The notes under the pieces are model-generated. The model made no database searches and had not been told where the DNA came from. It saw only the letters and a program-made list of their open reading frames with translations. The translations under genes and the position numbers were made by a program. From the sequence record PQ559672.1: DNA of 32,000 nt. One strand, 5' to 3'. Positions 30,953-32,000 of this stretch are shown in pieces. How positions within the stretch are numbered: position 1 is the first letter of the stretch; each line of letters opens with the position of its first letter. Origin of the DNA: Microbacterium phage Clock.

Positions 30953-30967
30953 TAGCCCTCAGGGCTA
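30953..30967. repeat. Palindrome TAGCCCT-C-AGGGCTA
   Basis: Perfect 7-bp arms around a 1-nt centre within the divergent intergenic region. Confidence 0.5.
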
Positions 30968-31129
30968 AGCGAGGGTGGATAACCGAGATGGAACACTGCG
31001 CTCAACATCCAACGCACCTACCGCACAGCAGCTCCGGAGGGATGCACGCTCGCTCACGCCTGACGGCGCGCTCGCGCACATCACGCTGACTGGCTCGGCG
31101 CTTGCGCCATGGAAGTTTTCGCTTGTGTG

Positions 31130-31158
31130 TTGCGCTGGGGCTGCGGTGCTGCTACCTT
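31130..31158 (+). promoter_or_regulatory. Predicted rightward promoter E: TTGCGC-N17-TACCTT
   Basis: -35 at 31130-31135, -10 at 31153-31158, about 36 nt of 5' UTR to ATG 31201. Confidence 0.5.
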
Positions 31159-31200
31159 GGCCGTAGTGCAACCAGCACCCCCACAGAAAGAAGAACTCAC

Positions 31201-31485
31201 ATGTCCATCCCTCCGGTGAACCCCGACGGGCAGTCGCTTGACTACAGCCCTCAGTCGTCGGCTCTTCACGTCGCTGGCCCCGCCGCTCAGCTTGAGCAGC
31301 AGGTCCTCACCCCTTCCAAGAAGGTCAAGGAAGAGCGGGTGAAGGTTGCCCGTGACCGTGCGCAGTACGTTCGTCAGCAGAAGGGCCACTCGTGGGTCAT
31401 CTGGTGGCTCATCCTCGGCCCGCTCACGCTCTGGATCCCTGCGATCTACTTCAGCGTCAGCCCGAACCACTACTGGCACATCTGA
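31201..31485 (+). CDS. Small membrane protein (94 aa)
   Basis: MSIPPVNPDGQSLDYSPQSSALHVAGPAAQLEQQVLTPSKKVKEERVKVARDRAQYVRQQKGHSWVIWWLILGPLTLWIPAIYFSVSPNHYWHI. Single hydrophobic C-terminal segment. Confidence 0.7.
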   Translation: MSIPPVNPDGQSLDYSPQSSALHVAGPAAQLEQQVLTPSKKVKEERVKVARDRAQYVRQQKGHSWVIWWLILGPLTLWIPAIYFSVSPNHYWHI

Positions 31486-32000
31486 TGGCTGGCATGGAGA
31501 ACATCGAGAAGGCGATCTTCGGCGACGAGGCTGACCAGCGTGAGGCACGCCTGCGGGCTGCTGGCAAGACGAACCGTGAGGACGCTGAGCGTGAGCTGAA
31601 TGCCCTGCGTGGGCAGCTCAGCCAGACGGAGCCTGTCACCGAGGACGTCATCCGTGTGCGGTCCAGTGTTCGCATCGTGAACAAGAACTGGGTCGAAGTG
31701 TCGCTGCAGATCCGTCTGGCCGATGGGATGCCCTGGCTGGACTGCCTGAACAGCGATCACCCTGTCCTCATGTCCCGGCGCGCTGCGCTGTTCCAGGAGG
31801 ATCAGACGGAGTACATCACTCGGGTCATCCGTCGGTTCATCGGCATGGACGCTGGCCTGAGCTGGCGGCTGGACCCACGCTGGGAGACCCGTGTCGGGCA
31901 AGGCGTCACCGAGTACCGCACCTGGATGGTGTTCAGCTCGCGGTCTGGTGTGGCCGTGCGGACCCGTCCCGATGGGATGTTGAACGTCTACGGTCTGTAG
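31485..32000 (+). CDS. Hypothetical protein (171 aa)
   Basis: ATG 31485 overlaps the preceding TGA. MAGMENIEKAIFGDEADQREARLRAAGKTNREDAERELNALRGQLSQTEPVTEDVIRV... Confidence 0.75.
   Translation: MAGMENIEKAIFGDEADQREARLRAAGKTNREDAERELNALRGQLSQTEPVTEDVIRVRSSVRIVNKNWVEVSLQIRLADGMPWLDCLNSDHPVLMSRRAALFQEDQTEYITRVIRRFIGMDAGLSWRLDPRWETRVGQGVTEYRTWMVFSSRSGVAVRTRPDGMLNVYGL

Noticed and set aside
1-32000. CRISPR arrays, insertion sequences, integrase/att sites, toxin-antitoxin pairs
   Set aside because: I looked for regularly spaced identical repeats, transposase or integrase motifs, and paired small toxin genes, and saw none that I could support. An integrase could lie outside the window.

Overview
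The window is a dense, high-GC tailed-phage (siphovirus-like) region, most likely an actinobacteriophage. The rightward late block (1..11328) encodes: the end of a probable major tail protein; a tail assembly chaperone pair with a readable -1 frameshift heptamer (GGGGGGC at 683-689); a tape measure protein; three minor tail proteins, one FN3-like; a small ORF missing from the supplied track (9053..9217); a VanY-like plus PG-binding endolysin; a small membrane protein; a membrane-anchored collagen-like protein with 29 Gly-X-Y triplets; and a holin-like protein. Facing hairpins at 11344-11373 and 11454-11484 separate this block from the convergent leftward early block (30628..11498). The early block encodes a RepB-primase/RepA-like ATPase, a VRR-NUC nuclease, an SSB-like protein with acidic and basic tails, a Sak4-like ATPase, a Cas4/RecB-like nuclease, a family A DNA polymerase, an SNF2-like helicase and many small proteins. 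I consider four things most notable. (1) A probable DNA-base hypermodification locus (22.7-28.7 kb): a thymidylate-synthase-family protein with Asp at the Asn177 position (predicting dCMP rather than dUMP specificity), a dNMP kinase, a MazG-like NTP pyrophosphohydrolase, a GT-A-like glycosyltransferase, and a protein resembling the HMUDK-helical/alpha-glutamyl(putrescinyl)-thymine-pyrophosphorylase family. (2) A putative structured RNA leader of about 200 nt (30629-30830). A perfect 12-bp long-range stem closes it, and its 5' arm begins exactly at the predicted transcription start of a phage-style promoter. (3) A tRNA-like gene (20416-20485) that is canonical everywhere except for a 2-bp anticodon stem, and that sits next to a 15-bp hairpin. 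(4) A recurring promoter motif, TTGC(R/T)(C/G)-N17/18-TANNCT or CATACT, at six intergenic sites, one of which predicts a leaderless mRNA. All functional statements come from reading sequence by eye; no database search was run.
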